Source: Monocercomonoides exilis PA203 (taxonomy: Eukaryota; Protista; Preaxostyla). Taken from it: DNA of 64,000 bases. Both the position numbers and the translations under genes were made by a program. The notes under the pieces are model-generated. The model was not told the DNA's origin. It ran no database searches and saw only the letters and a program-made list of their open reading frames with translations. Positions 1-13,460 of this stretch are shown here, in pieces. Each line of letters opens with the position of its first letter. Positions within the stretch are counted from its first letter, which is position 1. The stretch is from assembly GCA_001643675.2 (NCBI GenBank), contig LSRY02000057.1, positions 62,001 to 126,000 of the forward strand, in the 5' to 3' direction.

Positions 1-909
1 ATGAATAAATAAAATTAAGGATAATCACAAACAGTTAGCATTTTTTATTACAAAAATCGTTTCTTCTTTTAAACTTTCTGTTCGACTCAAAAGAAGAAAT
101 TTTTTAAAAGCAATTCAATTCCCCTTCACATTACAATCGTTCCACTTCAACATTTCACTTTTTGTTCGATTTCAACTTCTTGTGCAATTCTTTGTTTAAA
201 GCTTATTTATACCTTAGCATTTTTTTTAGAAAAGATTTTGCTTTTTTCGTTGTGAGTTTTATGTTTTTTTGTTAATTGTTTTTCAGTATGTTTTTAAGAA
301 ATGAATTTCTTTAATAAATGAGTGGAAAGGAGTGTATATCTCTTATTTCACTTTTTTTATACAGAAAAGATTGATAGAAGAAGTACTTCTTTTGGTATCG
401 AAAAAGTGATGATGATTTGATTGAGTTGAGGATGTCAAGAAATTCACATGCACTTTGCTTTGCTTTGAAGATTTGATTCCAACTCACTTAATAATTCTTT
501 TCATCTTCTAATTTTTATTGGAGAAAATGATTTTGAACAAATGAAGTGCGTCGAGTTGGGATTTTTGACAATTAGTAGCATTCTCCATTCTGTTAACCAT
601 TTTCTTTACTCTCAAAAAAGCAAATTTGAGAGCAAAGCCGTAAACGATGTGAAATAACATCAGCAACGATATCTCATAACTCGAGAGCTTTCTGTTTTTG
701 ACTTTAAAATAATAAAATTGACATAAAAAGAATTGTGTTCACAGCACATGCAATCGAATAAAATGCAATTTTTTGGGCAGATGCATGCGGATGCATGTTC
801 ATTTTGTGAACAAATAAATAATCAAAAATTTATAAAATTTAAAAAGATTAAGAAAAAGAAAGATATTTCTCCGTTTTCACTCAATTTACATGAAAGGTGG
901 GGTGTATGA

Positions 910-3761
910 TTACTCTTCCGCTTCGTCTTCAGCTTCTCCTTCAGCTTCTTCAGCTTCTGCTTCAGCTTCTGCTTCTTCTGCAGCTTCATTCTCTTCCTCT
1001 TTCTCTTCCTCTTGATTCTCTTCTTCCTTTTGTTCTTCTTCCCCTTCTTGATTCTCTTCAGCTTGTCCCGCATTTTCTTCTTCATTTTTGTTTTCTTCTT
1101 CTTTCTTCTTCCTCTCTTCTTCTTCTTCCTCCTCCTTCTTTCTTTCCTCTTCTTTCCTCTTCTCCTCTTCCTCTTCTTCTTTGCGTTTTCTTTCTTCTTC
1201 CTCTTCTCTCTTCTTTTTCTCTTCTTCCTCTTGTTTAATCCTCTCCTCTTCTTCTCTCTTCAATCTCTCTTCTTCTTCCTTTTGTTTCCTTTCCTCTTCT
1301 TCTTTCTTCTTCTTTTCTTCTTCCTCTCTCTTCAGTCTCTCTTCCTCTTCCTTTCTCTTCTTTTCTTCCTCTTCTTTTCTCAACCTCTCCTCCTCCTCTT
1401 CCTTCCTCTTCCTTTCTTCTTCTTCTTCTTTCCTCTTCCTCTCCTCTTCCTCTTTCTTCAACCTTTCCTCTTCTTCTCTTTTCTTCTTCTCTTCCTCTTC
1501 CTTCCTCTTCTTCTCTTCCTCTTCTCTCTTCAATCTTTCCTCCTCTTCCTTCCTCTTCCTTTCTTCTTCTTCTTCCTTCTTCTTCCTTTCTTCTTCCTCT
1601 TTCTTTAACCTTTCCTCCTCCTCTCTCCTCTTCTTCTCTTCCTCCTCCTTCTTTCTCTTTTCCTCCTCTTCTTCTTTTCTCTTTCTTTCTTCTTCTTCCT
1701 CCTTCTTCCTCTTTTCCTCTTCCTCTTCTTTTCTCTTTCTTTCTTCTTCTTCCTCTTTCTTCTTTCTTTCTTCTTCCTCTTTTCTCAATCTTTCCTCTTC
1801 TTCTTTCTTCTTTCTTTCTTCCTCTTCCTTTATGCGCTTTTCTTCTTCCTCTTTCCTCTTTCTTTCTTCCTCTTCCTTTTCTTTCTTTATCCTTTCTTCC
1901 TCAATTCTTTTCTTTTCTGCTTCCTCTTTTTCTTTTGCTTCTTTTTCTTTTGCTTCTTCTTCTGCTGCTGCTTTTGCTTTTGCTTCAGCTTCTTCTTTCT
2001 CTTTTGCCTCAGCCTCTAACTTGGCTGTTTCCTCTGCCGATGCCTCAGAAGTCTCCTCTTTTGCCTTGTTCTCATTTGCATCTGCATCACTTGCTTCTTC
2101 CTTTGCTGCAGATGTTTCTGTCTTCTGCTCTTCAGAAACAGCCTTCTCGTCTGTTTTTGCTTCTTCCTCTTTCTTTTCAGCATTCTCTGCTTCTTCTGCT
2201 TTGACCTCTTCGTTCTTCTTTTCAACATTGTCATTTTTGGTTTCTTCTTCTTCTTTTTTCTGCTTTTCTTCAGTCTGCAATCCCATCTGGTTCTGTTTTG
2301 TCTCATTTGCATATGACTGTTCTTGTGTTGTTGCTTCATAAGAACTGGAAGATGATGTTGAGTATGAAGAAGAAGAAGAAGACGATGATGATGACGATGA
2401 AGAAACAGAAGAAGATGAAGAAGCAGACGACGCTGCTGCTGCTTGTGGTGCTTGTGGTGCTTTTGCTGCTGGTGCAGTGGAAGATATTGCTGTGTCTGAA
2501 GTAATTGCTTTTGCAGTCTCTTTCTCTCCCACATTCCTCAAATGCACTCTAATGTGGATGTCAAACTCGCTCCCCAGTGACAGAAACGGATACTCTCCTC
2601 CTTTCTTCATCAGCGCTGCTTTGCTCGAAACGTGCAGAAAGCCCACTCGTTCGCTTCGCTCGCGCCTCTCATCTGAAAGATCCATACACGTTATCACTGT
2701 AATTATCCTCTGCGAGGCATCTTCTGCTTTTGCCACGGTCTGCGACGCAACTGCTTCTGAAAATGTGCTCACTGAACTTTCAGTCGCTGCCTGCTGCTCT
2801 GCGCCCTTTCCTTCGCTTGGAGCGCTTGAACCACTTTCGCTGCTTTGCTTTTCTGCATTTTCAGTTGATTTTCCTGCGGCTTCAGAACTTTCTTTTGCAT
2901 CGTTTTTAACATCCACTTTTGGCTCGTCTTTCAATTCACTGTCACTATCTGTCTGCATCTCATTCGCATTTTCAGTCTCTTCCAATGTTACCTTTTCTGA
3001 TGCCATTTTCAGTTTTCCAAGAATGACATCTTTCTGGAGAGTCATAAATCGAGTCTGGACAAACAATACCATCTTCTGTCTTTCAGCATCACGATATCCT
3101 TTTGGAAGAAAGTTGAGAACTTCATCACGAATTTTAGTCAATGGAGCTTGGGTTAGTCTGAACAATATGTCAAAAAGTTAAATAAAAAACGAAAACATAA
3201 ATATTTTTCATAAATAATGACATGCATACTCTTGTGAAGGAGGTGCATAATGACTTGTTGACACAGCAGAATTGATAAGAACCATAGAAATTACTCGTTT
3301 TGGATGAGTCTTATCAAAGAGCTGGGCAAGAAATCCACCATATCCAGAGCCAATAATGTGCAATTTATCAATCGATAAAGCTTCAAGAAAACATTCAAAT
3401 GCTTTCACCCAATTATCGTGCGTGTCATAATATGGGAAAAATGCGGAAACAAGTCGATATCCATAAGCAGGAAGGCTGATGAACTGATTATAAAAGATGT
3501 CAGGCGTCGTTGGCAAGTCAGGAAGAAATACAAGAGGGCAACGGTCTGTTGGTCCAGCTTGATAATACGTCCATTCCTTTGGTACTGGAGAATTTATTGT
3601 AACCTTTTGAAATAAACACAACAAAAAAAGAATCCAACAAAATACTATTTTTAAAAAAAGATTGAAAGATAAGCTGCAACAACCTTTTGTAAAGAGTATT
3701 TCGAATTGAATGCATCATATTCGGGATCGTGAAATGATTGGGTTGATTGCTGAGGTCCCAT
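910..3761 (-). CDS. SPG21: Maspardin (SPG21/ACP33)-like alpha/beta-hydrolase with long C-terminal ER/K charged tail; 3 exons (introns ~3604-3683, ~3158-3229)
   Basis: Spliced translation MGPQQSTQSFHDPEYDAFNSKYSLQK|VTINSPVPKEWTYYQAGPTDRCPLVFLP...KLHIIGSGYGGFLAQ...MKKGGEYPFLSLGSEFDIHIRVHL matches recalled maspardin motifs (YDAGP..RCPLIFLP, HLFGASLGGFLAQ, LKTGGNFPYL). GT-AG introns keep the frame. Confidence 0.85.
1080..1960 (-). repeat. Coding low-complexity ER/K repeat (EEERKRK/EEEEKKR), predicted single alpha-helix
   Basis: Near-pure pyrimidine tract on + strand; the minus-strand translation has alternating E and R/K blocks over ~290 aa. Confidence 0.85.
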
Positions 3762-3960
3762 TTAATGCTTTCGAGTTGATCTGATACTATAATTACATGA
3801 TCGAATGATCAGAAAAAGATCAAAAATTATTACTGAAAGAATTTTATTTTCAAATAATAAAAGCAAAACAAACAAAAACAGAAGAAATGATTATAAAAAA
3901 TAGTTTACGAAAGGAAGATGTGGAAATGTTATGAGAATTGTGAAGTGATTGAACAATTAG

Positions 3961-6900
3961 CTATCTTTCATCAACGTTTCCCATTGGTTGCCTGATATTC
4001 TCAAACGATGAAAAGGTCTTTTTCATTAATCGATCAACTTCAGCGCGCAATTTTGATATCACTTCGTTCTGTTCTTTTATTTTCAACTTCATATTTCCCT
4101 CTGACATAATCTCTTTCATTCTAATCTCTGACCCACGATGATCGTCTTGTGCCACTCTTGATGCTTGTATTTCATAGACACGTCTTCTCTGTGAAACAGA
4201 AACTGATGCTTCACGAATGCGATCATCAAGCTGTGCATTTTCAAGCTGAAATAAATAAATGAATATTAACAGATCGATTAACAAAATAAATAGTAATAAT
4301 AATCAAACATTAAACAATTGTTAAATGTTTATTTTTAAAGAAATATAAAAATTGAAACCTGTTTGGCTTTGATTTGCGCCTCCAGTTTCTTCTGCTGTCT
4401 CCACAGCTCGTCGATCTTCTTTGAAGCAGAGTCCTTGAGATACTCTCTCTTCTTTTTCAGCTGCTCCTCCTCTCTTTTGTGCCTACTGTCATCTCCTGTC
4501 CTCACAATGTCCTGCAATTCTTTCGTCACCCGCATTATGTGGAACTCTGATATCGTGTTTGCCTCGTCCACAATCGCCATCGTCGCTGCCTGAATCTCCC
4601 ACTCTCTCCACTTGATCGACTTCAGCAGCGTGCCTGCGTGTTTCAGCAGCTGCAGTGAGTGCTGTGCTTGCTGTCTCAATCTTCCATTTAGTGCTAAGAT
4701 TTCATCTCTATGAACAAGAAGAGCATCTGCATAGGATGTGATGCAGGGCTGAGGAGGTGCTTCAACCTGCCCTTGCAACAGACGCAGAATGAGCACAAGA
4801 TCGATGTCTGTGTACTTCGTCTTCTCTGCACAGCGCTGCTGAGCTCTCTTCACTTCGCCCATCTCTGCCTCGATGGCGCTGATGCGGTCAGTCAGATACT
4901 GTTTGTGCGACACAAGCTCATTCATGTGCTGCTGAAGCTGCGTAATTTCCTCTTCCAGTTTGATTCGCTGCTGCCTCGCTTCGTTAATCGTCCGCCACAG
5001 CTGCTCGTCGTCTGCTGGGAGAACCCCTGCCCCATCCACTTCTGGTTCCAGCGGCACCGCCTGCGTCTTCGCCCGCTGCCACGCCACAAACGCATCATGT
5101 GCCAGAAACGGGTCTAAATTCGACCGAATAACAGAAAGATACATCGCCGCATGCTCTCCAAACACCTCCCGAAGCCATTTTTCGTCAGAGCGGATTTCGC
5201 GTAGGTATTTTCTGAGCTCTTCTCTTTGCTGCCTCCATTTCTCTCTCTCTTCCCTCGAGGCATCTGCTTTTCCTCTTCCACCGGTTCTTCTCTTTTTGAT
5301 CCTTTTCTCTCCTTCTCTTCCCACAAAATTGCCATTTTCGTCGTACATTTCTTGTTTTCCTTCTTCTTCCTCATTCTCCTCTTCGTTTTCTTCTTCACTT
5401 TCCCCTGCATTTCTTCCATCAATTGTTTCGTCTTTCTTCCACGCTTCTCTTCCTTTTGCTGCTTCCTCTTCTTCCTCTCCTTCTCTTCCATCCACAAACC
5501 TTCCTTCGCTGTCAAGAATTGTTGGAAGCCCTCCTTCACTCGCAAGCTGATGCACAGCCCATGCTTTGACACTCAATGTATCGTCTCTATCTTCTCTTCC
5601 TCCTGTCCTCATCCCATTCATTCCATTCATCTCATCAATTGCTGAATCAGCTCCACCTGCCCCGTGCAGCTTGCCTCTGTATGCATTCATCGCCACACTC
5701 AGCGCTTCTGCACGCGATTGCTTGTCTCCGAAGAATCTTCGCACTTCTCTTTCGAGCATCGCCTTCGTCTCTGCATCAACTTGCTTCACTCTTTCTTTGA
5801 TGTGCGCTGTCTCCTGTTTGATGACATCGATGTGCCGTTCTGTTTGCTGCTGCATCGCCTTCCTCTCTTTCTTCTCTAATGACAATTGTGCATGTTTCAT
5901 CCTCAGCTGTTTATCTTCTCTCAACTGCCCTTCCTGTGCAAGTATTGATTCAGATAGCTTTGTGATCCACATCTCGTTCTCAAAGCACCGCTTGGACACT
6001 TCTATGCGCTCCAAAAGCAGCTCTTCCAGTTTCTCGTCAAACAAACGAAGAGATTCACGAGCAGTCTCCGCCAGCAGCTCCAGCTCATTCTCCTTCGACT
6101 TTCTGAACTTCGCAACAGTCTCTTTCTTCTTCAGATACTCTGCCATTGCTGCCTTCTGCTCGTCTGTGTACTTTTCTGGTGGAACAGTGTCCATCCAGGG
6201 CTCCCTCACAATCTGCATCGTCAGCAGAGACTCCTCACTCTTCGCCTGTAATGTCCCATCCATCATGTCCATCAGTGCTCTTTTAGCTGATTCTGGATCG
6301 AGTGGTGCCTGTGATGTGTTCCAGCCTTCTGAACCACCAGAAGCAGTCGATGAAGAAGAGGCACCTAACGTCGCAGCAAGCAAAGAAGCTGAAGGTAAAA
6401 ATGAGTTCTTTGCTCCGTCCTTTTGAGAGGCAGAAGAGGAAGAACCTGTCTGCCCAGATGAAAGTGAAGCTTTTGCAGCTCTTTGCTCCAATTCTTCAAT
6501 TACCTCACCGTATGTCACACTCCACACCATTTCTGGCTTTTCCAGCGGATGCAGATGAAGAAACGGTGCAAAGTTAATCTTCTTTCTTGCTTCGGCTGCT
6601 GCTTGCGCTTTCGTCATTCGCTTGCCATCTGAGCCAAGTTGTGATTGATTGCCTTGAGCACCTTGTGATCCCAAAGGAGATCCAGCCATTTGAGAAGAGC
6701 CATCTCCACCGTTCTCATTGCCCTGCGTTTCATCTTCATCTTCCTCTTCTTCTTCTGCATCTGGCCCATTGCCTGCCTTGTCAGACGCCTCCAGCTGTTC
6801 TCTGATATCATCAATTTGCTTCTGCAACCTCGACACTTTTTCTATTGTGCTCTCTTTCTCCTTCCGCATCTGCTCAAATTTCTCGTTGAATTCACTTCGC

Positions 6901-9900
6901 AGCTGCCTTGTGATCGATGCCAAAAGTGCCATCTGTGTGAGCTTCCTCTGCACAGACACAAGTTGCAGGGGATGATACAACAGCAGAGTGTCATGTTGCG
7001 ACAGCTTCTGCACATCCATCAGCACATCTCCAGACAAGTCACTCTGTTCATCTGCGCCTGTCGGAACAAGCGCGGGATTCTGAGTAGCAGAACCCGAAGC
7101 AGATGCTCCGGCTGAGGCATTTGAAGCAGAGGCTGATGATGAAGAAGTAGAACTCCCAGGAAGTGCAATGTTCAAAAGATTGGAAATATTGTTCGATTCC
7201 GATCCTTCTCCAGCTGCTGTGTTGTCACCATCTCCGCTTCTCCCTCTCTCGCTGCCACTTTTGCTTCCAGTAATGTTCAGGATGTTGTCTGCATTACGAT
7301 ATGCATTTTGCGACAAGCCCAACTTGATTTTAATCGAGTGCTCAACAGGAAGAGCGTGCGATGTGAGCGAATATTCTCCGTTCTGAAGTGAAAGCTGTAC
7401 AGCACCTGAGCTGTCTGCTGAAGAGGATGATGCGCTGAGCATCGCTGTGACAGCAGCCGGCTGTCTCTTCTCCACCAAAGTGCGGAAGAGCGTGTCTCGT
7501 GGCTGCCTGTGGAATGAAAGAAGCTCCATTCTTCGCATTCTTCGGATGATATCCAACTTCCTCAGAGTTTGTGGTGACTGCTTTGGAAGAGCGAAATTGT
7601 ACACTCGCAATTTGGGCAGTTTTGAGGAAGGCAAATAAGAAGATGCAGAAGAAGTGAGAACAAGCGCAGCGGAATTTGAAGATTGCTGGCGTTGTTGCTG
7701 AGGAGATAATTGAGCCAAAGGAGAACTTGGATGCTGTGACAACAATGTCTGGTCCATTTGCACTGTTGCTCCCAGCTGAGCATCTTGTTCATTGTTCTCT
7801 TCTGCTGCATTGTCAACTGTGTTGAATGCAACCAGCGCTGATCCCTGCACTTCCATCGTGTCCCAACACAGCGCTTTAATTCGTAGTGTTCGAATTGAAC
7901 TCATCAGCTCCTCTTTCCTCACCTCAGCAGTCACTTCTCTTGCCTGCCTTTCGCTGTCCTTCTTCAGCTTTTCCCTTAGCTCTGTGTCAATCACAACCTC
8001 CAATCGATCCAACCTTTCTGCTTCAGGCGCGTTCTTGTTGCGAGCAATGAGATCTGAAAGTGCTTGTCTTATTCTCTTCATCTGCTCCTTCAGCTGCTCG
8101 TTGACTGACACATACTGCCGTATTTCATCTTCCTCCTGTTTGCGCTGCTTCGCTTCAAAGAACAGCGGCTCTTCATCGTCTGGTGTGAGGATCTCATCTG
8201 CATCTCCACTCGGCATCAGATGTGCTGTTCCCGCACGACGTGACATTGCTCCATCTTCCATTGGACTGTCTCTTTCGTCTGAGGCTTCTCTTCTTCTGTG
8301 CCTCGAAATTGGAGTCGACAGTTCGTCCATCCGTCCAGTGCTGTTCTTTCTGTCTCTTTCTTCTCCTTCTTCATCCATTTCTTCTCCAGCAAACCTTCTT
8401 TCTCTTCTTTCCCTTTCTCTTCTTTCTCTCAACTCATTCCTCATCTCTTCTCTCTGCTTTTGAATAAACTCGATTCTCCTTGGAACCTCCTTCATAATCG
8501 CAGACGCTGCCACTTCTGCTCTTGTAAAGTGCTCGTTCGGAGTGACTATTCCATTCAATGATGTTGTTTGTCCGCTTCCTCCAGCCGTTGTCTGCGCTCC
8601 AAAAGCGCCTCCTTGTTTGAATGTCTGTGTGAGGTGTGGCTGATGCCCCATGATTGGCACAAGCTCAGGAGAAGGAAGCACCGGCACCTCCCATCCGAAT
8701 GCACACCCATCGTGTCCAGTGGAGATGGCGTGGGTGGAAGTGGGAGAGAATCTGATGCAAGCACCTCCCCCGCGGAATGGATCGTGAGATCTGTGCAGAA
8801 ACAGAGGATGCACTTGAGGGATACCCATTCCTCCTCCTATTCCTGGTATGTCACCACCAGCAGCGAGTGAAGCCTGCTGCATCTGTGAGCCAAGCATCTG
8901 AACTGAATGAAGTGCCAAGCAGCCATCTCTGCAGACAGCTGCAAGCAGCTTTCCGTCTGGCGAAACAACTAGTGAGTCGACTGTTCCGTTCTTCTCCATC
9001 CCTCCACAGGCGCCCGAACACGCAAAGAACGAGGCTTCGTCTGTGGACTCGCTCTCCTCCATCTCCAGCGGCAGACAATACAGCCGGGCAATCCTGTCTC
9101 GAGTGAGTGCAAACAGCGAGTGCTCATTTAGAGACGAGAGATACACAGCCTGATGATTGAGCGAGGCTTTCTGAAGTGCTTGTGCTGCTGCTGCTGCTGA
9201 TGCGCCTGTCCCTGCTCTTCGCCCAGGTGCTGCCTGTGGAATGGTCGGTGGCACAGGAAGAGGCAGCGCAGCGAGTGAGTCTGCGGGATATTCGAGATGC
9301 ACAGCAGACTTTTTGATCAAAAATGATGGAATTTCGTTCTCTTCGCTTGTTGTGTCGAGTGGAGGTGGGGTGATTCGGAGTACATCTCCATTTGACAACC
9401 CGACCAGAGCTTCAGAGCGGGTGCCGTTTGTTGCCCATGAAAGAGAAAGTGCTGGGTGCTGCAGCGTCACATAGCCAAAGAGAGAGAAGTTGCGTGCTGG
9501 CCGACCGTCCAAAATGAAGAGACGGGAATCATCGCCGGTAACTCCGATGTATTGGCCATATGGATGGTATCTGAGACATACAACTGCAGATGTGAACAGT
9601 CGAACACGGTGAAGAAGACGCAGTCCTTTCTCTTCGTTTTTCAGAACTTTCTTTTCATTACTCGCAGGTTCTTGAGATTCTGCAGGAGTCAGCTTTGCCA
9701 GAGACTGTGAGTGTTGTGAAGAGAACGACTGGTTCCTCTGCATCTGCTGCTGAAGAGGCGTTCTTGAGCTTCCTGGCTGGTTGCCCATTGGTGTTCCTGG
9801 AGTTGCACTCCCTTCTTTCCCATCTTCCAGCGCACAGAAGTCTCTTGCATCGTATATCCTCACCGTTCCACAATCTGTCCCCACAACAAGAAGCCCAGCA

Positions 9901-12900
9901 CCACTACAGAACGACATTGCCTGTGCTGATACACCCAGCCTTATCATTGCAACCATCCTCACGCCATGGCATGCTGTGCGAGGTGCAGGCTGTTTTGTGG
10001 GTCTTTGATGGATGCGCCTTCTCTTTGCGTGCGGACCTTTCTTTCCTGACCCTTCTCCTCCTTGTGATCCTCTCCCTGTATTTCCCCTTCCTGCTCCATC
10101 TCCATCAGCTGCATCGACTGCTCCTCCGTCAATTCCAGGGCGAGAGCGCGTCGACCTTCCAGTCTGCAGCACGTTTGAAGGGTCATTCAAATCAGCTCCG
10201 TATTCGTCATTGTCTCCTTCTCCGCCAGCTCCGCCCATCTCATCTTCATACCCTCCCCCCATCCTGCTGGCACCATCGCCTTCGTCCCTCATTCCTTCAT
10301 TGTTCCCATTCGCACCACTTCCTGATTCTCTGTTGCCTCCTGCTCCTTCCTCGCCTTCACCTCCTCCGCTGTTCATCGAGTCTGACTGGATGATCTGCAC
10401 AATTGGTGAAGACAATTCATCCCCTTCTCTTCTGTCGCGTGTGGAGTCGAGTGTTGGGTCAGTGGTCAGATGGAACGGAACGCCAACTGCATCAAACCAG
10501 TCAAGATCCATCTGCGATGACATCAGAATCAATTCTGAAAGAGCTTCTTTATCTTCGCTTTCATTCGAATCAGATTCTGCAAATTCATCGTTATTTCGTT
10601 CATTTCCTTTGTTTGATGAGAAATCGTCTTCATTTCCCAGTGGCTGAGGAGGTGCAGAAGAAGGATCTTCATCAGAATATTCCTCATTTCGTGCAACTTG
10701 CCCGTTTTTGCGCCTAATGATGTTTGAAAGTACATTTCTTTGAGTTTCATTCAGTTCTGCCGCATCCAACTGCTCAGCAGTCGCAAAGCTCTTTTCCATC
10801 TCCTTCAGACGTTGTCGAAGCAGCCTTCGTGGTGCGAGCGTGTTTAACATTTCGCGTGTGCCTTCAACGAATGACACATCGTTGTCTGCATTGTGCTGCT
10901 CCCAAATGCGAAGTGTGGCATCTTCCCCACCGACTGTCGCAAACATCGTCGGTGACAGCCACTCAACAGCTGAAACAGCTCCGATGTGGCGGTCCATCAC
11001 ACGCACATACCTCAGCTGCATACGGTCGATTGCTCGAAGATGTTGCAAGAATTTGCCTTTGGATGAATTTCTTTCGTTATTATTGAGCAAATCATCTGAA
11101 TTTCTTGCTTTATTTCTCCTTTTGGAAATATCTTTCTGATTTCGCTCTCCACTTTCATCTTCATCAGCATCATCATTATCATCGAAGAACGAATATGACT
11201 TCAACAGGTCATCTGGGCCGACTGTTGTAACCTCCTCTCTTTCTCCATCATCCATTTCTAACTCATTCTCATCTTCTGCATTTTCTTCTCCTTTTTCATT
11301 CAGAGCACCTCCTCTTCCTCTTCCCCTGCGCATCGCCCTTCCCAGCTCCTCCCAAGAAACAAGACGGTATTTGTTTCTTCTGATGGCATTGTTTCCTCTT
11401 CCACTCTCATCTCCTCCAATCTGAGACGATGCTCTGGCCAATCTTTCTTCGCCTTTATAACCATCGACTCCATCTTCTCCGTTTCTGTTGAGTGTTGCAT
11501 CGTCGACTGTCCTCTCCTTCCATTCGCTGCTGTATCCGCTTTCTCTTCGCCCGTCCAGCTCCATTTCTGCCATCTGCTCTCTCATCAGCAGCCGCCAGAT
11601 GCGCCGCTCTTCGAGTTCTTCGATGTCTTCCAGCGCTGCAAGAAACGAGGCTCCAGACGCAGAATTCACAAGAAGCAGCTGCATTCGGGCATCAGTGTCG
11701 AGAGAGAGAATGGATGTTGCACAGAACGGGAGGTAAGAAAGAGAGTGATCCGAATCTGTTGAAGAAGAAGAAGAAGAGGACGATGAAGAAGATGATGAAT
11801 TGGGCATAAGTGTAAGAGAAGGCTGATGTGGTGAAAGAGCAGAAATTGAAGTGGCAGCACCGAAGGAAGTGTGGTTGCTGGATGATGCAGAAAAGGAAGG
11901 TGAAGAAGCAAACGATGAAGATGAGGCAGAAAATGATGGAAGACTCTCCAGACGAAACGAGTGACGCAAGTGCAGAAAAGGGCAACTGAGATACAGCAGC
12001 TGCCCGTCCAAACAGCCAGCAAATAAGCCGTGCTTGGTGAGTGCAAGTGAAGATATCGGAGAACCAGATGGGATTCGCGTCTCCTCAGTAAATGTTTCCT
12101 TTTCCAAAGGGCTTCCGGAAAGCTGTCTATCAGCATCATATCTTGTTTGTGCTTGATCTGCATCTAACGATGATTTTCCTCGAAAATGCAACTCTTCTGC
12201 ATCAAAACGAAATATCTGTCCCTTTGAGGTGCCAATCAGAATACCCTGGGACTGTGGAAGCCACACACAACATAGAGCATCACCCATTTCATCAGGAATG
12301 CGGTACAGCCCAGGTGTGAGGAGGCATGTGAGTTCGTGAGGTACCATCGACATCACAAACACATATCGATGGGATAACACACAAATTTCATATCTATTTT
12401 CAGGGTTGAAAATAACTGTGTGCCATTGAGGTGGATTAAGCGACATCTCCAGCATATCGACTCCGTTTTTTGAATCTTGTCCTTTTGATTGAGAAATTGC
12501 AGAAGGAAGCGTTAACCCTGAACGCTTTGTCGTTCCGAGCTGTCCTCTTCCTGTTGCTCCAAATGACTGCTTGTCTTTTCTTTGTACATATAAAGGATTT
12601 AAACAAATATCTTGAGGTTGTTTTTCTCTATTCAGATAATAGTTACAAAGATGAGGCTCTCCATCACGATTCCAATCCCATATCGTAAGCTTTGCCTCAG
12701 GCAGAGACGATAATGAAGCGAGAAAACGTCCATCGCGAGAAAATGCCAAAATTTCAAATGGAACGAGAGGATAGCCTTTAATAAATTTTGTTTAAAAATA
12801 ATTAATATTGATTATCACCAAAATAACAAACCAGGAAGAACTTGAATCAATTCCATTTCAGGAGATTTTAAGATGGAAATCGATGGAGTTGAATCTCTCG

Positions 12901-13154
12901 AAGCAAATGCAATGTGAAATGAGGATTGAGAAACTGCAAAGCAACTGATTCCGTATGAAAGACCCCAAATATGAGACATTGAGCCTTCCTTCAGATTTGA
13001 AAGGCATACAGATGTACCGCTTAAATAAGCAAGTTTGTTCTCAAACAGCTTTGGCGGGGTTGTACTCCCAAGTGAAAAGCTATATACGAAAGTTTATTAA
13101 ATGTAAAGTTAAAAAAGTCTACTCATACCTCAATTTCGTGGGAAACGAAGCCAT
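3961..13154 (-). CDS. CFAP43: Cilia- and flagella-associated protein 43 (WD40 + coiled coil), ~3000 aa; introns ~13080-13128, ~12776-12831, ~4246-4358
   Basis: 2804-aa ORF with WD40 motifs (AFSRDGRFLAS, LTIWDW, LRIWE, STGHDG). C-terminal LLQGQVE..ITSYADALLVHRDEILALN..EWE resembles CFAP43/WDR96. Flanking exons join in frame via GT-AG. Confidence 0.8.
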
Positions 13155-13460
13155 GATTGAGCAAATAATAATTCAAAACGGTTGATCAAATGATACCAAT
13201 ATATGTTTCTCAAAGAATATTTGTTGATGATTAATGATGATGCCAATACTCTCACTCAAAAAAGCATAATTTTTCAGAAACTTTTTTTTCAAATATTAAA
13301 ACAACCCAAGTTTATTTTTATCTGGTATTTCTAATTTTTTAAATGATAATTAACAACTTTTTCTCAATTTTCAAATAACACTCTAACTTTAAAACAATCT
13401 GTTTTATTGTGTTTAAAAACACTATAAAAAACAAAAATATGATAACTTGAAATGTCAGAA

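Noticed and set aside
897-3181. Long Phe/Ser/Leu-rich plus-strand ORFs
   Set aside because: Antisense shadows of the purine-rich maspardin tail.
4363-12688. Many plus-strand ORFs over CFAP43 (likewise over the receptor genes)
   Set aside because: Antisense shadows with no independent motifs.
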